Positions 61,389 to 64,000 of a stretch of 64,000 nucleotides of DNA are shown piece after piece. Source of the DNA: Balamuthia mandrillaris (Eukaryota); assembly GCA_031835245.2 (NCBI GenBank), contig JAVKOQ020000067.1, forward strand, positions 124,001-188,000. The letters run 5' to 3'. The notes under the pieces are model-generated. The model was not told the origin of the DNA and did no database searches. It saw only the letters and a program-made list of their open reading frames with translations. The position numbers were made by a program, and so were the translations under genes. Numbering within the stretch: position 1 is the first letter of the stretch; each line of letters begins with the position of its first letter.

Positions 61389-63139
61389 TCAGTTGAGACT
61401 TCCGGCCTTCTTCTTCCTCTTGCCGGTCCTTTTTTTGCTTTCGTTGGGATTCCTTCGCCCATAGCCAACAACAACCTTCCCTCCTGTGTGCAATAGATGG
61501 TCTTTCCGTGGGGCAAAGAAATGAAAATCGGGGTCTTCCATCGGGTCTTTCTCTTTCTTTCTTCTTCGCGGCAGCTCGTCTTCTCGCAGAACCAGCTTGT
61601 TTGGCTCTCTTCCTCCTTTTGGTTGTGGAATAGAATACTTCAAAGGGAGAGAGAACAAAGATAGGAGGAGAGAGAGAGAGAGAGAGAGAGAAAGCGTCAA
61701 TGGGCACAACAGAGGCAACAAGAGAAAGAGGAAGTGAAGTACCTTGGTACCACGGAGGCGATGTTGATAGTTACGCTTGAGGTGGAGATGTATCTGGCCG
61801 TTGGAGTCCATAGTGTAGGCTACTTTGTGGAGAGAAGCATTGCCGCAACTTGGGCAGAACTGCTTATCCATTTCGTTGGTCAACCTGGTAGAAGGGGGGG
61901 TAGGATATTAGCTACCAGATGTTTGCGGGAAGATATAGACAAGAAATAGGTACTTGTAACAAGCTTGGCATCGTAGAATAAACTTTTTGAGCTTCTTGAT
62001 GACCATACCATCCACTGAAACCAGGTTAAGGCCCATTTGCAAAAGTACGTTTTGCATGGCGTAGTCAGTGGTCATGCAACCAACCTTGGCCTCTCCCCAT
62101 CCGTTTTTGGAGAGCTGCGTTCCCATTCGCTTCCTGTTGACTTCAGCCAAGTTGTCAGGGGTGATCCATCCACCTTCGTCATCGTTATCAGCGTCGGCAC
62201 TACTACCTTCTTGGCTGTCGCGGTAGTCGACAGGTGGAGTAGCTTTGTCGCCGGAAGAAATGGTGGAAGAGGGAGTGGAATTGGAACTAGCAGGCTTGTC
62301 TTCGGTGGGTGTCTGTTCTTCTGTCTTTGTTTCTGCTACTGTGCTGGAGTCTGATGTTTTTTCTTTGGGCTCTTCTTCCTTTATCTTCTCTGCTTCCGTT
62401 TCTTGATCTGTGTTGCTTTGTGTGGTAGCGGCGGTTTGGGTGGTGGATTGTTGCTTGACTGGTTGTTGGCGTTCTGGAGCAGGTTTGGCAGGTCCATTGG
62501 CAATGTCTGCCCAAGACCGTGTTGGGAGCACTTTGGCTGGTTGGGGGTGCGGTTGCTTTTCCTGTTCCGTTTTTGGGACCACTTCAGTTTCCTCTCCCTC
62601 TTCTTTCTGCTGCGTCCTCTCTTCCGACAAGCCATCAACAGGCGTGGCGGAGTTGTGAGTCGTTGTGTTTGCTTGTTGTGGCGCGGCGGAGGAGCGGTTA
62701 GGCGTGCGTTTGGCCATGCTGGCTGGAATTGTGCGCAGATGGTCGACAGTTCCTTTGACTTCTCGTTCCAACATGTAGGTTAGCGCTAAGACCTTCAAAT
62801 CTACCGCAGAGAGACTGGCATAGTCCCCTGTCTTCTTCGCAAAGCTTACCACTGAAAACGACAAAATAACAGTTAATCTTTCACTTTGGGAACAAAAGTG
62901 GTGCCAAAGACCTTTGCCAAACAAGACGTACCTGCCCTAAGGTCCTCCTTGGTTGGGTCCAACACTTGGATGTCCACAGGAAGCAGCTGCAACAAGCCGC
63001 GCGCCTGTTTGTCTCGCACCTCCGTCAGGACCTCTCTCACCGTGGCTATTTTTTTGGAAAACTGTTCCAACCTTACGCCCTTGATGAATGCTGCGGTGTC
63101 AACCACCAGCCATGATGCCTCCTCTGTGTGCTTGCTCAT
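61389..63139 (-). CDS. NOB1: 20S pre-rRNA endonuclease NOB1
   Basis: PIN domain LVVDTAAFI, GDYASLSAVD, GGWITPDN, TTDYAMQNVLLQMGL, CQAC/CPSCG zinc ribbon, LVLREDE. Confidence 0.95.
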
Positions 63140-63380
63140 TGTGGCAGCAACTTAAGGATGTGTGTGCTTCTGTGTCGGTGTGTGGGTCGAAAAGGGGGGC
63201 AGTGGCACCAACTTTCCTCTTTCTTTCCTCTTCTCTTTTCCTTCTTATTTCGCAAAATTCGTTTACGCACACACCCCGGGTTCGACTCCAAAGGGCAACA
63301 AGATTTGTAGTCAATTTCTTTATTTGATTTTTTGTATTGTATTGTATTGTGACCTTTGTTTGCCTCATCCCGCTCCCACC

Positions 63381-64000
63381 CTAGTTTTGTTCTGGTACGT
63401 ACGTGAACCCTTCAAACATGGGCGTGGACGTTGTCTCCTCATTATATACAGGAGGAACGTGGAATGACTCCATACAAATCATCCCCGACGGGCCGTCTTT
63501 AATAAGAGGCTTGAAAGGAGCGGGCATGGCCTTCGCTGTAAGCAACTGCCACGCCGCCTCATCCGCAAAGCCATGCTCCTTGAAAAAGGGGTGATTTCTC
63601 CAGTCGTCTATACTCCTTTTTGTGGGATCTTTGTTGACGAGCCGCTCCACCAGCTCGCGAAAACTTGATGGGATGCTTTGCTGGACAGTTAAAAAAAATT
63701 AGCAGTTTGATTTAATGCTCATAGTTGTGCTCTCTCCAGCTCACGTGTACAAACCTTGCAGCAGGTGGACTTGTCAGGCCATGAGACAGTGTTCATCATA
63801 ATTGCCTTATACATGGTTGCCACGTTTTCGCTATAAAAGGGTGGCAGCCCGAAAATCATCTCATAAGCCAAACAGCCTAACATCCACAAGCAATGAGGCA
63901 TGGCTGGTGGAAACTGACCAGATGCACCCGTCAACACCTCCGGTGGGAGGTACTCGGGAGAGGCTACAAAGCAGTGGGCGCTCCGGGTGGTGGTCAGATT
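63381..64000 (-). CDS. C-terminal part of a divergent AGC (Akt/SGK-like) kinase, truncated by the window edge
   Basis: SPEYLPPEVL, YEMIFGLPPFY, NHPFF, PAPFKP, hydrophobic motif FEGFTY. Confidence 0.8.

Noticed and set aside
63279..63289. Isolated B box GGTTCGACTCC
   Set aside because: No A box or cloverleaf nearby.
1..64000. CRISPR arrays, transposase or reverse-transcriptase genes, rRNA genes, viral hallmark genes
   Set aside because: None recognisable in the sequence or the ORF track.

Overview
Gene-dense, intron-rich eukaryotic DNA: about 28 protein-coding loci with GT-AG introns, CTAAC-like branch points, and pyrimidine microsatellites filling many introns. The style suggests a free-living amoebozoan or similar protist; that is inference only. 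Housekeeping genes include V-ATPase subunit a, BiP, Nup62, NOB1, UBL5, prolidase, a SAMHD1-like dNTPase, a GH29 fucosidase, an IRE/Rim15-type kinase, uL30m and CCDC12. The main points of interest are: (1) prokaryote-looking argG and argH, co-oriented 7 kb apart in operon order but carrying introns; (2) two convincing intronic box C/D snoRNAs with LSU-rRNA guides, an inserted hairpin and a shared 3' module, one inside an argG intron, plus a third weaker candidate; (3) a structured argG leader with an Arg-terminated uORF and alternative splice acceptors; (4) an intronless WH2-central-acidic (Arp2/3-activator-like) protein with no recognisable N-terminal domain; (5) ERSE/ERSE-II-like elements upstream of BiP; (6) a Sel1-repeat family with intact, decayed and frameshifted copies. 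Exon boundaries were read by eye and are approximate.
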